64,000 nucleotides of DNA, taken from Octopus sinensis (lineage: Eukaryota). Location of the stretch: positions 28,644,001 through 28,708,000 of the forward strand of contig NC_042998.1 of assembly GCF_006345805.1 (NCBI RefSeq). The letters run 5' to 3'. Of the stretch, positions 38,703 through 52,260 are shown piece by piece. Numbering within the stretch: the stretch's first letter is position 1; each line of letters begins with the position of its first letter. The position numbers and the translations under genes are program-made. The notes beneath the pieces were generated by a model. That model did not search any database, was not told where the DNA came from, and worked only from the letters and a program-made list of their open reading frames with translations.

Positions 38703-40015
38703 CCTTCTAAATAATATTATTACGCTCTTTTCTCCTGGAATTGTATTCCTTTGTGACCTTATGCCGCCGCTTCGAAAAATTCCTGGCACCACGCCTGAAC
38801 TCTTGTTTTGAAATAAAGGTGTGACAAAGCTGTTATATAAGAACGCCTAGTTAGAGAATAAAAACAATGAAAATAATGTGTCAGGTTTTATAGTTTACAC
38901 GTTCAATTTATTTATAGATTAAATCTCCGATTAAATTTTTCACTGATATTCTAAAGTCTAAAAGCGACAACATGGCAGAATCGTTAACATGCCGGGCAAA
39001 ATGCTTAGCGGCATTTCGTGTGGCCTTACGTTCTGAGTTCAAATTCAGCCGAGGTCGACTTTGCCTTTCATCCTTTCAAGGACAATAAAATAAGTACCAG
39101 TTAAGTACTGGGGTCGATGTAATCGATTGGCCCCTTCCCCCAAAATTTCGGGCCTTCTGCTTTTAGTAAAAAGGAATATTCTAAAGTCTAATTTCTCACC
39201 CTGCCTTTACTATGCCTTCCTCTCAAAGCTCTGATTTATGACACGTCTCGCTTAGTTTGATATTGTCTAACTGCTTATAGCCATCTCATCTTTTCTCTGT
39301 TCTTGTTTCTTTTATATCTTTTACCTCATCCTTTCTTTCTTCTCCTATGCTTATTCCCCTTCTACTCTCTCTCCTCTCTTTCATTTTTCTTAGATCCTAT
39401 CGCTCCAGATCTTACAACCTCTCTCACTATCATTATTTCGACCTCATCATTACTAACCTTCTGTCTTCCGTCTTTTTATTACTGTCTCCATGTTCCGCTT
39501 TTAAATACCTCTCTTCTACAAGATGAATTGCATTCTTGTTAGTCACTCTTCTGAAGAAAAATTTCAACGCTTCAAATCATTTGTCTTTAATACACTGGGA
39601 TTTTCATGTTTATGTCTTGATGATAAATCCTACTTGTTTGTTGCATATTGCTGCATCAATACCCAAACTCGTTTGCACAATTCACATCATTACACCAACC
39701 AGTCGCCGCATTTCTGAAACAGCCGTAAAGAAGTTTCTAGTAATGTAAGTTTTTCCTTCGACGGTTACATTTATGGTTATATATGTATAACATTTTGTGT
39801 TAATGATATTAAAAATGCCGTTTATGTGGGTTTCTCTATCTTTTATCTTCTTATTGCACGTTGCAGCTGCACAGTTCTTTTAATCAACACTTGTTCTGCA
39901 GAAATATTTTTACCAACTTTTAAGAAATTAGATTTTAAGAGTTTGAGATCTTCCGAACAATAATCTGATGTTCATCTGCTGTATGTTTATACCAGCATCT
40001 TCTCACCCATTACAT

Positions 40016-40140
<125 letters not shown>

Positions 40141-40413
40141 TGTATGTTTGCGTGTGTAAAATTTATGTAGTGAGTAGTTCGCAATGTTTTACCAAAAAGG
40201 AAACCTATAATCGCCACTAAGTGTGACTAGGATGTTAGAAACATCTACATTGCTAGAAATAAGACCTAAAATGTTCTAATACTACAGTCAAAGCACATAA
40301 TTGTATACACACCTGCGTGTGTGCATATAGGCGATTGTTGGGGGATATGACTCACGTTTCTAGCATATCAATTGACATGAAGCTACATACGTGTGTAGCA
40401 TACATCTCCATAC

Positions 40414-40888
40414 TATCAGGTCATCCCATATTTGATGTCCGATTTTACCCTTTTTAAAATTGAATGAAATTTAATTGTATTTTAGAATGTCTAATGGAAT
40501 TAAAAATTATTTTTATGCATTTGTGCACACTTAAACTAATTAAATATTATTTTACAGAATAATAGAATTAAAATTTCTTTGATTAAAACCCTTTCTAACA
40601 TGAAAGTATCCAAAGAGCATTTGAGGCACATAATGCTTTATGAGTACAAAAAAAACGAAACTCTGCAGTCGAAGCAACTCGAAAGATGCACACAGTTTAT
40701 GGAAAAGAATTTTTGAATGAAAGAACTTGCAGAAGATGTTTTGCAAAATTCAGAAGTGGAGATTCCAGGCTTGAAGAGGAAGATCGAACAGGACTCTAGT
40801 TGAGTTTGATGATAAGCTCCTTGAGGCATTACTTGAAGAAAATCCTGCATTATTAGTTGAAGAATTGGCAATAAAGCTTAGTTCAAAC
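40414..40888 (+). mobile_element. mariner transposon left end with transposase N-terminus (HTH), frameshifted and 3'-truncated
   Basis: TA-TCAGGTCATCCCATA TIR-like end; ATG at 40600, MKVSKEHLRHIMLYEY..ERTCRRCFAKFRSGD..EDR. Confidence 0.85.
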
Positions 40889-41029
40889 AGAAACACACGC
40901 GCACCTTATCTCTGTGTGTATGTTTTGTCTCTGCATAAAATACGTGTCTTGTTTCTGTGTGTGTGCATATATATATACAGGAACATACATAAAGGACAAC
41001 AGACAGTCAGTTAACCTCAGTTGAAACAC

Positions 41030-41285
41030 TTCTGTCACAACCTGGGACCTTGAAGACTGCTTTAATGCAAGAATGCATACTAGTCCCTTAATATTTGATA
41101 TTCAACATTTCATCTATTCAATAAGACAATCAATACTTCATTTCATTTTACTATATATATATTATTTATACTATATATTCTATATTCTACATTAATATTA
41201 TAAAGAATATAAATGAAACATAAAAGACAGAGTTGGAATTTCTTTAAATAACATATATCCCTCTATACACAATCATACAAACCCA
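41030..41285 (+). repeat. AT-rich repeat with hammerhead-like motif (41044-41087); inverted homolog at 58805-59045
   Basis: GGGAC-CTTGAAGA-CTGC..GCAA-GAA(T/A)-G(C/T)ATAC-TA-GTCCC in both copies. Confidence 0.65.
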
Positions 41286-41324
41286 TATATATATATAATA
41301 TATATATATATATATCATTGTATC

Positions 41325-41510
41325 ATTGCCTTATTATTTAACACACGCGCCGGTTCGATTTCCACTCATTTAGCTATTTATTTTTTCTAAAATCGAACCG
41401 GTGTTGAATAATAAAGCACTAAAAGACAATGACTGTACCCAGACAATAAAATATGCTTCAACACATAAATTCACATAAACAATCTTTCAAACCAAATGCA
41501 AAAAACGAAA
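41325..41510. repeat. Fold-back family copy (short form of 47747)
   Basis: CCGGTTCGATTT / AAATCGAACCGG; 3' flank shared with ~47940-48025. Confidence 0.75.
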
Positions 41511-41522
41511 TATATATATATA

Positions 41523-42120
41523 TACAGGGGGAAGGAGTTGGTGCAAACGTAGGTATACAGCAAGGTATACTTAATTCATTAAAATTATTACCTCCTTAAA
41601 TTAGTTAGCTTCAGTGTCATTAATCCATTTATCTTAACCATAGGCGCAGGAGTGGCTGTGTGGTAAGTAGCTTGCTTACCAACCACATGGTTCCGTGTTC
41701 AGTCCCACTGCGTGACACCTTCGGCAAGTGTCTTCTACTATAGCCTCGGGCCGACCAAAGCTTTGTGAGTGGTTTTGGTAGACGGAAACTGAAAGAAGCC
41801 CAAGTTTGTGTGTCTGTGTTTGTCCCCCCAACCACCCACCCACTATCGCTTGACAACCGATGCTAGTGTGTTTACGTCCCCGCAACTTAGCAGTTCGGCA
41901 AAATAGACCGATAGAATAAGTACTAGTCTTACAAAGAATAAGTCCTGGGGGCGATTTGCTCGACTAAAGACGGTGCTCCAGCATGGCCGCAGTCATATGA
42001 CAAACAAATAAAAGAAAAAACAAATCTTTTATCGTAACTTAAATTTCTTTTTGATAAAAATGAGTATTGTACGTGTTTTCGTTTTTCATAACTGCATACC
42101 TACTTTTGCACCACCCTGTA
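41523..42120. mobile_element. Tc1/mariner-type MITE interrupted by SINE B (41641-42015)
   Basis: TACAGGG..TGGTGCAAA.GTAGGTAT.CAG at both ends in inverted orientation, TA-flanked. Confidence 0.7.
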
Positions 42121-42138
42121 TATACGCTTTGTCACTCT

Positions 42139-42191
<53 letters not shown>

Positions 42192-42267
42192 CCTGTCCGC
42201 GTAGATGTCTTCTTTCTGTGTACATGTCTTGTTTTTATGTTCATTTTTGTCTTTTATTTTTGTCATA

Positions 42268-42662
42268 GGCGTAGGAGTGGCTGTGTGGTAAGTAGCTTGC
42301 TTACCAACCACATGGTCCCACTGCGTGGCACCTTGGGCACGTGTCTTCCACTATAACCTCGGGCCGACCAAAGCCTTGTGAGTGGATTTGGTAGACGGAA
42401 ACTGAAAGAAGCCCGTCGTATATATGTATATGTATATATGTATGTGTATGTATATGTTTGTATGTCTGTATTTGTCCACCCAACATCGCTTGACAATCGA
42501 TGCTGGTGTGTTTACGACCCCGTAACTTAGCGGTTCGGTACAAGTGACTGATAGAATAAGTACTAAACTTGCAAAGAATAAGTCCTGGGGTCGATTTATT
42601 CGAGTAAAGGCGGTGCTCCAGCATGACCACAGTCAAATGACTGAAACAAGTAAAAGAGTAAG
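42268..42662 (+). mobile_element. SINE family B, full length
   Basis: Head, internal TA/TG linker and right arm. Confidence 0.9.
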
Positions 42663-43129
42663 AGTTATCACTGAGTGTATATGTCTCTGCGTGTCTTTAT
42701 GTTGTCTGTGTGTAAGTATATGAATGCACGTACGTATATATGGAGGAATTCCAACCATGTTTCGTGGTTCGCCACCTTAACAGCTCCTTTATAGGTTCCA
42801 GTGGCTAAAGACATCATCAGGGGGAACCACGTTCGGTTTCATCCCCCTACTCCTCTACCACTTTCGGCGTGGCGAGGCATCCCTCTTTCCGTAGGTGTCT
42901 TTAGCTCTGGTGCTGAGTGCGTTTTTTCTTTCTCCTTTTTTCCGTTTGCTCTTTGGTTTCTTCAATGAGCTCGCTACATCATTTGCCTTTGGTCACTTAA
43001 TCTTTGGCTTCTTCACGCCCATCTCTTCCTTTTTCTTGGTTGTTCCGATTCAACTGTGGAATGTATGTATGTATATATTGTTTATATAATTCTGTGCCAA
43101 CATTCATTATTCGCTCATGTGCTTGAACT

Positions 43130-43165
<36 letters not shown>

Positions 43166-43227
43166 ATAAAAACGGTAAAATAACAAAAGAAAGAAAGAGA
43201 CCTCGATATTATGTAAATAGAAGAATT

Positions 43228-43325
43228 TATCTGTAAATATATGTGACAATTATTCAGTAGACATGATAAACTCGGAGTTTTATCATGGCTACCAAATAAT
43301 TGTCACATATTACATTTACAGATAT
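43228..43325. repeat. Imperfect ~45-bp-arm hairpin
   Basis: TATCTGTAAAT..ATATGTGACAATTATT..CATGATAAA pairs with its reverse complement downstream. Confidence 0.85.
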
Positions 43326-43902
43326 ATATGTGTGCGTGTGTGTGTGCGTAAAATTAATATAGATAGCAGTTTGCAATATTTTACCAAAAACGAAAACTAT
43401 GATCGCCATTAAATGTAACTAGGTTATTAGAAACAACTGCATTGCTAGAAATAAAAGTTAAACTGCTCTAATGCTGCAGTCAAAGAACATAATACCTGTG
43501 TGTGTGGGGGGGGGGGGGTGACCAACACTTTAGCTTAATTATCTAAATTCATGCCACTGGCTCCCTTATTACTCTTAGCTTCTTTTATTTAATTTTATGC
43601 AAATTAGCCTTGGTCAAAAATACATCTTACTCCATTCTGATATGTAAGAATTTAATAAAGGGAAATGTTTTTTAAAATTAAGAATTTGTACATACAGGAT
43701 ATGTTCATTATCATATTTATAACTATAGGTACATGCACACATACGCCGCATGTATCATCTGGCCATCTATATGTGTGCACATAGAGAGAGACGGATATAA
43801 TATACATATATATATATATATATTATATATATATATGATAGAGCGTTAGCTCCTACACTCATTTTTTCTCTCCTTGTTTCTCTCCTTGTTTTTTTCTGTG
43901 TA

Positions 43903-43940
43903 TCTTTCTGTCGAAGAGCGTAGGCTCGAAACGTAAAAGA
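43903..43940 (+). ncRNA. Near-intact minimal hammerhead (CUGUCGA core variant)
   Basis: TCTTT-CTGTCGA-A-GAGC(GTAG)GCTC-GAAA-CG-TA-AAAGA: perfect stems I and II, palindromic ACGT stem III. Confidence 0.7.
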
Positions 43941-44043
43941 CTTTTTCTATTCCTGAGCGCTATACTAATACATTTGTTTGTTTGTACTCCACCTGCCTTC
44001 ATCTTTTGTTTATTTTCGTAAACTTTCCCTTTATATATATATG

Positions 44044-44103
<60 letters not shown>

Positions 44104-45024
44104 GTCTTATTCACAGGGACACAGAGACAAAAGCTACTGATTTAGAAAATTTCTAAACAGTTGGGCTACTACTTGTCTCAGATCCAAAATAATGGAAAAT
44201 ACAAAAATACACACATATTTGTGTGTGCATGTGTACACACACACGCACACATTTATATATCCTTTCCGCTCCTAACATCGAAAGAAGACGTCATATGATG
44301 AAATATAACATTATCACCTACTTGCTAGTCATGGTGACCACGAGGGAAACCGGTCGGCTATGGAAGTATCTCATTTCACACACACACGTGTGTGCGTGCG
44401 TGTATGTGTATATGTGTGTGTGTGTGTGTGTATTGTCCAATATAAGACTTTAGTGCATTTTGCTTCTTTTTATATTTTTCACCACAGTTCACCACGAGGA
44501 AAATTTTTCTTATCGAACTTTTTCACTACACACACACACACACGCACGCGGACACACACACATACACGATAGGAGGATGAGAGTGAATGTATTTTGCAAT
44601 TTAAAACTGATGAATAAAATGAGGAATAATTGGGTGAATGGAGAGAGATGATAGCGTAGGCACTAGGAAATATATTAAGGAAGATGCTTAGATTAGTTGA
44701 TCATAAGGTAGAGATAAAAATAGTATAGAAAAGAAGAAATTTGGTTGTCAGAAATATGCTGACCTGTCAGAGGTTATAACTATAGGTTAATAAATGATGG
44801 CAGGTGGGAAGATGGTAAGAGCGAACTATTGTTGTGTTCAATTAGAAAATCGAAATCATTAAAATGTACAAGTGTGTAGATTATGTAACGGTTGCAGGTG
44901 TGGGAGGGAAAAGGAAAAGGCAACTTTTAGAGAGAAAGTTAAAAAAAAGGAAAAAAAAAGCCGTTCTTTGACACCAACTGCACTGTCGGTAGTAGATGGA
45001 ACAGAGCAGTGGTATAATGGTAAG

Positions 45025-45243
45025 GAGGGCGGCGAGCTGGCAGAATCGTTAGCATGCCGGGCAAAATGCTTAGCGGTATTTTGTCTGACGTTACGTTCTG
45101 AGTTCAAATTCCGCCGAGGTCGATTGCATTTCATCCTCTTGGGGTCGATAAATAAAGTACCAGTTTCGCACTGGGTCGATGTAATCGACTTAATCCCTTT
45201 GTCTGTCCTTGTTTGTTCCCTCTATGTGGGTAGTAAAGAAATA
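45025..45243 (+). mobile_element. SINE A1 with TSD
   Basis: 14-bp TSD GGTATAATGGTAAG at 45011-45024 and 45244-45257. Confidence 0.9.
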
Positions 45244-46028
45244 GGTATAATGGTAAGATATGTTTTTGAACCCCTTAAAAAAAAAATTCCATGCAAAAAA
45301 ATTAGACACTCAGTTACTAAAATTTTAAATACTGAACTTTGTAGCTTTGAATTTTACGCTGTCAAAGCAAATGATTAAATCCAATTAAGCCAAAAGTAAT
45401 TAAAGCTGTCATGTCCTGTATCTACCTAACAATTGGGAACATACTTAAATATACACACTTGCTAACAAAGTTCTGCATACATGAATAAATTCTTAACGAT
45501 AACGGACTCAAATTTAATCGATAAAAAATTTTCCAAAACACCTCTCCATAGCAACCACCCAATAACCACTCCACTCAAACCCACATACTTAAGGAAGATT
45601 TTTTAACTCAACAGAGATTATTTGAAGTCAAGATTAACTTCAATGCATTGCAGTCCGATGATGGCTTAACTGACCAAAACTTCGAAGTCTCTCTCAATAT
45701 CATTCTAGTTTAAGTATGTGTGGTGTGTCGGTGTGTGTGTGTGTGTGTGTGTGTGTTTAGAAATAGGTTACTGACCTGTTAAGGTAGTATCAACAAAAAG
45801 TACTCCATCAAGTGAGATATCATTCAATTTTTGACTTGGCGGTTCAGCAGAAGGGAGCGATAGAATAAGGACCAAGCTTTAAAAAGAAAAAAGAAGTACC
45901 TGACTAAAATTTCTTCAGGGCGGTGCCCTAGCATGGCCGCAGTGTGCTGACTAAAACAAATAATATATAAAAGATACATTATGAAATATTGAGATGATCA
46001 TTACATTAGCAAAGTCATCCCATTAAAG

Positions 46029-46348
46029 CAGAGGTTCTCAGACTTTTTGGACGATCGCCCCTCTCATGGCAACATAATAACCTCAATGCCCCCACCCCTA
46101 TTTTTATGTATGAATAAATATTCTATATTTAACTAATTTATATAAACTATGAATCATTTGATATTTAATATAGTATTATATAATTTGTATACAATACTAT
46201 TATAGATTCATATAATAAATTCATAGCGTCCCCCCATCCACTGCCTTCCTCCCAATGCATCCTTTTTCTCTACCCTTAGGCACCAGCGCCCAGCTGGGTC
46301 GTATCAGTGCCCACCGGGGTGTAGTAGTGCCCACTTTGAGAACCTATG
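46029..46348. mobile_element. hAT (Charlie-like) MITE
   Basis: TIRs CAGAGGTTCTCAGAC / CTTTGAGAACCTATG; 8-bp flanks CATTAAAG and CATTAACA with central TA. Confidence 0.7.
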
Positions 46349-46459
46349 CATTAACATATTAAATATAGATAAAAAGATGTAAAAAAAATTCGTCGCAGTT
46401 TATAACTTTGGTATAAAGATAACAAAATAAATGAAAATACCTTAAAATTAAATAATCTT

Positions 46460-47090
46460 TTCTACTCTTGGCACAAGGCCTGAAATTTTGGAGGAGGTAT
46501 GGGGCCAGTCGATTACATCGACCCCAGTACGCAACTGGTACTTAATTTATCGACCCCGAAAGGCTGAAAGGCAAAGTCGACCTCGGCAGAATTTGAACTC
46601 AGAACGTAGCGGCAGACGAAATACCTATTTCTTTACTACCCACAAGGGGCTAAACACAGAGAGGACAAACAAGGATAGACAAACGGATTAAGTCGATTAT
46701 ATCGACCCCAGTGCGTAACTGGTACTTAATTTATCAACCCCGAAAGGATAAAAGGCAAAGTCGATCTCGGCAGAATTTGAACTCAGAACGTAACGGCAGA
46801 CGAAATAGGGCTACGCATTTCGCCCGGCGTGCTAACGTTTCTGCCAGCTCGCCGCCTTTACGCGGATATATTCTCTTCTACTCTAGGCACAAGGTCCGAA
46901 ACTTTTAGGGAGGGGGCTAGTCGATTAGATCGACCCCAGTACACAACTGGTACTTAATTTATTGTCTCCGAAAGGATGAAAAGCGAAGTCGATCTTTGCG
47001 GAATTTGAACTCAGAACGTAACGGCAGACGAAATACCTCTAAGCATTTCGTCCGGCGTGCTAACGTTTCTGTCAGCTCGCCGCCTTTTTA
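46460..47090 (-). mobile_element. SINE A array (A2/A1 dimer plus A2)
   Basis: Family match. Confidence 0.85.
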
Positions 47091-47326
47091 AAATTAAATA
47101 ATGTGAATAAATTAGACTGAGTAGAATAAAACAAAAAGAAATTGCTATATTCCATACTTTGAATTTGATGGTTATTGATAAAAAAAAGTTCATTCTTATA
47201 TCACTTGTATGTGTACCGATATACAGGTATATAAACATAGAGGCTTGTGTGTTTGAGTGTATATCTATCTGTCTGTCTATCTATCTATCTATCTATCTAT
47301 CCTTCTACTCACACACATTTTTTGTG

Positions 47327-47705
47327 GCACTCCGTCGGTTACGACGACGAGGGTTCCAGTTGATCCGATCAACGGAACAGACTGCTTGTGAAATTAACGT
47401 GCAAGTGGCTGAGCACTCCACAGACACGTGTAACCTTAACGCAGTTCTTGGGAAGATTCAACATGACAGTGAGTGTGACAAGGCTGGCCCTTTGAAATAC
47501 AGGTACAACAGAAACAGGAAGAAAGAATGAGAGAAAGTTGTGGAGAAAGAGTACAGCAGGGTTCGCCACCATTTCCTGCTGGAGCCTCGTGGAGTTTTAG
47601 GTGTTTTCGCTCAATAAACACTCACAACGCCCGGTCTGGGAACGGAAACAGCGATCCTACGACCGCGAGTCCGCTACCCTAACAACTGGGCCATTACGCC
47701 TCCAC
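47327..47705 (-). mobile_element. SINE family C1
   Basis: Family match. Confidence 0.9.
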
Positions 47706-47746
47706 ACACACACACATATTACTGTGTCTGAGGGGAATCATTCTAT

Positions 47747-47946
47747 TTTGATGCCTTATTATGTAACACACTCACCGGTTCGAATTCCACTCATTTACTG
47801 AGATCTTTTTGTCTAAAATTTTCGTTGCTTCTTCCAACCTCTTCAATGGTCGTTGAGAGTCAGCGACTATTGAAGAGGTTGCAAAAATAAATAGGTAAAT
47901 GAGTGGAAATCGAACCGGTGAGTGCATTGATCAATAAGGCATTAAA
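47747..47946. repeat. Nested fold-back element
   Basis: Outer arms 47769-47798 and 47895-47924; inner 22-bp stem 47835-47856 and 47860-47881. Confidence 0.9.
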
Positions 47947-48046
47947 AGAGAATGACTCTCCACGGACTGTAAAATATGCTTCAAGATACGAATTCACATA
48001 AAGAATCTTGCAAACCAAATGCAAAAACAAAATATATATAATATAT

Positions 48047-48084
<38 letters not shown>

Positions 48085-48458
48085 CTATAAGAGAGACAGA
48101 CAGACAGACCGATAGATGGTACCTGATGTTAATATTTTCGTCAAAAACCAGACAGGCTTTTCTCAGGACATGAGATGAATTATGCGCGCGTGTGAGTGTG
48201 TGCATGCAGTTAGACATCAAAACTGCATTTTTAATATTCTGTACCTTCAGTCTCCATTCATACCAGCCAGCAATAAACAGTTGTTTAACTGGATATTTGT
48301 TTTTGTTTGTGCTTTTTGCTATGAAAATAATTTTCACTTTTATCCAATGTAACAAGACATTCGCTTTTTTTTTTTTTAATCTTCGAATTGTTCTGGTGGT
48401 AGAACTCGATGCTCCATTAGTTTATATCTAGTTTTATGAAGTTTTTCTTCGGTATTAG

Positions 48459-49215
48459 TGAGATGGCAGGAACGTCAGCACACCGGGCGAAACGCGCAGC
48501 CGTATTTCGTCTGCCATTACGTTCTGAGTTCAAATTCCGCCGAGGTCGACTTTGCCTTTCATCCTTTTGGGGTCGATAAATTAAGTACCAGTTACGCACT
48601 GGGGTCGATGTAATTGACTTAATCCGTTTTTCTGTCCTTGTTTGTCCTCTCTGTGTTTAGCCCCTTGTGGGTAGTAAAGAAATAGGTATTAGAAATCTTT
48701 GTCTTTATAATTGTTCGAGCCTTCCTGAAAATGAGTGTTTTAAATCCTCCCAGTATTTCTCGCGATAAATAGGAAAAAAAAACTGTTAATTTGTTTCTGC
48801 TCCAGGCACAAGTCCCATTTTTTGGGGGGAAGGGACCAGTCGATTAGATCGAGCCAGTACTCAAATGGTACTTAATATATCGACCCCGAAAGGATAAAAG
48901 GCAAAGTCGACCTCGGCGGAATTTGAACTCAGAATGTAACGGCTGACGAAATAATTTGAACAAAGAACGTAGCGGCAGACGAAATACACCTATGCTGATA
49001 TATTCTCTTCTACTCCAGGCACAAGGCCCGATTTTTTTAGGGAGACGGGGCAGTCGATTAGATCGAACCAGTACACAACTGGTACTTAATTTATCGTCCT
49101 CGAAAGGATGAAAAGCGAAGTCGATCTCTGCGGAATTTGAACTCAGAACATAAAGACAGGCGAAATACTTCTAAGCATTTCGCCCGGCGTGCTAACGTTT
49201 CTGCCAGCTCACCGC
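48459..49215. mobile_element. SINE A1 (+, 48459-48684, TSD GGTATTAG) and tandem A2 copies (-, 48795-49215)
   Basis: TSD at 48451-48458 and 48685-48692. Confidence 0.85.
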
Positions 49216-49986
49216 CAATTAAACAAAAATAATAACATATCTATGTGTATAAAAAACTGTTAATTATCCCTCTTGTCTAACCAGCAAACACACAACATAG
49301 CCGCATATTTTTTTTTATTAATGTCAACAAAGCCTGAAGTTCGAAGAGTGATAAGCGACGGAAGGCAGCCATGACAGCAGTTTAAGCTGTGACTCTAGGC
49401 TATCGTCTGCTTTCCACAAATTCACCTGTCAAAGTGGAAAAAAAATGACTCTGCCCACTGAGGCGGAAAACCACATCGACATAAACAACAAAATCAATAA
49501 ACATGACCACAAAGAACGATACGAACAAATAGCAAGGGCAAAAAGAAAACAAGATGTAATGGAAATCCAACAATACAAGCATTTGAAATTCTCTGCAAAA
49601 AGTCAACGAAATTAGTGATAACAAAATACAAAACAACTTTAACAATAACAACAAAAATAAACAACTACTAGAGAAATATCAATCAGAATAAAGAAGAAAA
49701 AATCATCAAAGACTAAAACAATTACAATAGTGAAATATACGATGAAGAATGGAAGCCTTTCTCCTGCTCAGGTAGAAAAGCATACATTTTGTATTGATTT
49801 GTTGAGGTTGAGTAAATTAGGTATGTTTACTATAAAGAATAAATTATTTCAATGAATAACATAAGTTCAGTCTTGCTTCTGTGAAATAAAAAGTTACCAG
49901 TCTGTCTCAACACTGGAAAATAATTATGGGAAAGACTTAACCTTTCAACTTAGAAAACGATTGAAAGCAACAAATGTATGAAAAAA

Positions 49987-50380
49987 TCTCTATATATATA
50001 TAAAGCTGAAGTTGTCTGTGTATGGCAGATTTAGTAGCCTTCAACTAACACTATCTCCTCCGAGACCCTGCGGCGCAAGTTGACTAAAATTGAGAGTATG
50101 ATAGAAGAAGGCTTGCTCTTCATTTCGTAGAAGAAAAAATTCAAATCGGACCATGTTAAGACCAAAAATTATTTACATAAAAAAGGTGCGTTTTTTCTAT
50201 GAAAATCCCTATTTTTTACGATTTTTTTACTACTGTGTCGCCATTTTTCGGTGTATTTCAACCAGAAAAATGTTCACTTAAAGAGAATAACAAGCTACAT
50301 AATGCAAATTTTTTACTTTTCAAAAATTCCAATTCTAAAGGGTCGAAACAAACCCAAGCAACGCTGGGCGATACTGCTAG
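49987..50380 (+). mobile_element. Non-autonomous Helitron
   Basis: 5' TC start, 3' hairpin CCCAAGCAACGCTGGG then CTAG; inserted between A and T. Confidence 0.85.
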
Positions 50381-50517
50381 TATATTGATAAAAGAAAAAA
50401 GAACAGAAACGGAAGAAAATCAGAAGTATAAAAGATTAAAATATAAAAAAAAATTACTTCAACAAGAAAACAAAGAGAAAGAATGAAGCAGCGAAAGGTT
50501 GTGCACCCTAGTCTGAA

Positions 50518-50724
50518 AAATGTGTTCAGTGTAGCCTCGCAGACATAACTGCAAAGGCAATACCGCAGAGAATTGTCAGAGACACACGTTGCAACACACA
50601 CCGCACCAAACAAGTCATCTGGATTTTGCGGAGGAAATCAGTAGTGCGGGGTCCAAGAACACCTGCGGTCGCGGCGGTGACCAGTATGAATCAAATAGCA
50701 GCCGGTCACCATTTACCTGAAAAG
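50518..50724 (+). other. Candidate exon ending MNQIAAGHHLPEK at a strong donor
   Basis: AAG/GTAAGC at 50722-50730; open frame from ~50518; ATG at 50686. Confidence 0.2.
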
Positions 50725-52260
50725 GTAAGCACAGTACTCTATTAACCTACCGTGAGTTGTGTTGATATGGTTTGAAGTGATGACAAAAAATGTAGAACTG
50801 ACAACACTCACGGACAACCAGCAGAAAATTTTATTGTTGCACATAGACTTTTAACACATTATTTTACGTTGCTGCAGTTCACACAACTAGAAAAAATGAG
50901 TTGTATATGTATTTCAAAGGGACAGCCATGTCACATTGTGTCACGCTGAATCCCCTTGAGAACTACGTTAACGGTACTTGAGTCTATAACGGTACTTGAG
51001 GCGGCGAGCTGGCAGAAACGTTAGCACGCCGGGCGAAATGCTTAGCGGTATTTCGTCTGCGTAACGTTCTAAGTTCAAATTCCGCCGAGGTCGACTTTGC
51101 CTTTCATCCTTTCGGGGTCGATAAATTAAGTACCAGTTACGCACTGGGGTCGATGTAAACGACTTAATACCTATGTCTGTCCTTGTTTGTTCCCTCTGTG
51201 TTTAGCCCCCTGTGGGTAATAAAGGAGCACTTGAAACCCTATCCTTCGTAACCGACGGATTGATAGTTACAAAAATTTGGTACAAACAAGAAGAAACATT
51301 CTTGGAGTTTACGAAAAGTTAACTGGTAGAGCAATCTGTGGCTGGCTCAAGCATAACTGGAAAATAATTGTGTTATATCCATGGTGTTGAAAATTCCTGT
51401 CTACTATCTATCGTTTGTATTAATCTGCTGGATGTTGTGAGAATAGAGGCACAATGTGCGGCTGCCTCAACATTCTGCGATTAACGCTAAAAATCTGCAT
51501 TTATATAGGGCCCAAGGAGAAAATTCTTGAAGACTGAATCATGAGATGGCTTGACGCTGATTGACTGCTTAAGAGACTGTTCATGTGAAACTACAGTGGT
51601 TTAATCTTGATATCTGACTGGATACCGAGCGGTTCTTTTTCTAATCCCCTCTACAGAGTAACTTAACCAAGTGCCCTTCTAATACATGGGAAGGAAAAGG
51701 TGCCAATCACATTCGAACATAGATTAAAATTTATTGTAACTAACACTCTGTCGGTTACGAAGGATAGGGTTTCAAGTGACCCGATCAGCGGAATAGCTTG
51801 CTCATGAAATTAACTTGCAAGTAGTTAAATTCTCTATAGACTCAAGTGCCCTTAACGTAGTTCTCGAGGGGATTCAGCGTGACACAATGTGACATGGCTG
51901 GCCCTTTTGAAATACATATACAGCTCATTTTTTTCCAGTTGCGTGAACTGCAGCAACGTGAAATAATGTGTTCTGGTCAAGGACGCAACACGCCATCCGA
52001 AATCGAACTCGCGATCGCGAGTCGAATATCACAACCAGTAAACCACACGTGTGCTACTCAGTGTGGGGTGGGTAACACACTTTTCATATTCCCATTTTCA
52101 AGATATCATTCATGTTATAATAACTTTAATATTTTGATTTTATTTTTTCATGTTCATTTTCACGTATCATATTTTATTTTTATATATTTTTAATTGTTAT
52201 ATGTCCCCCACATGTTTTGTAGTGTCCCCTCTATGCTATGCCTTTATGGCAAAATTTTGA

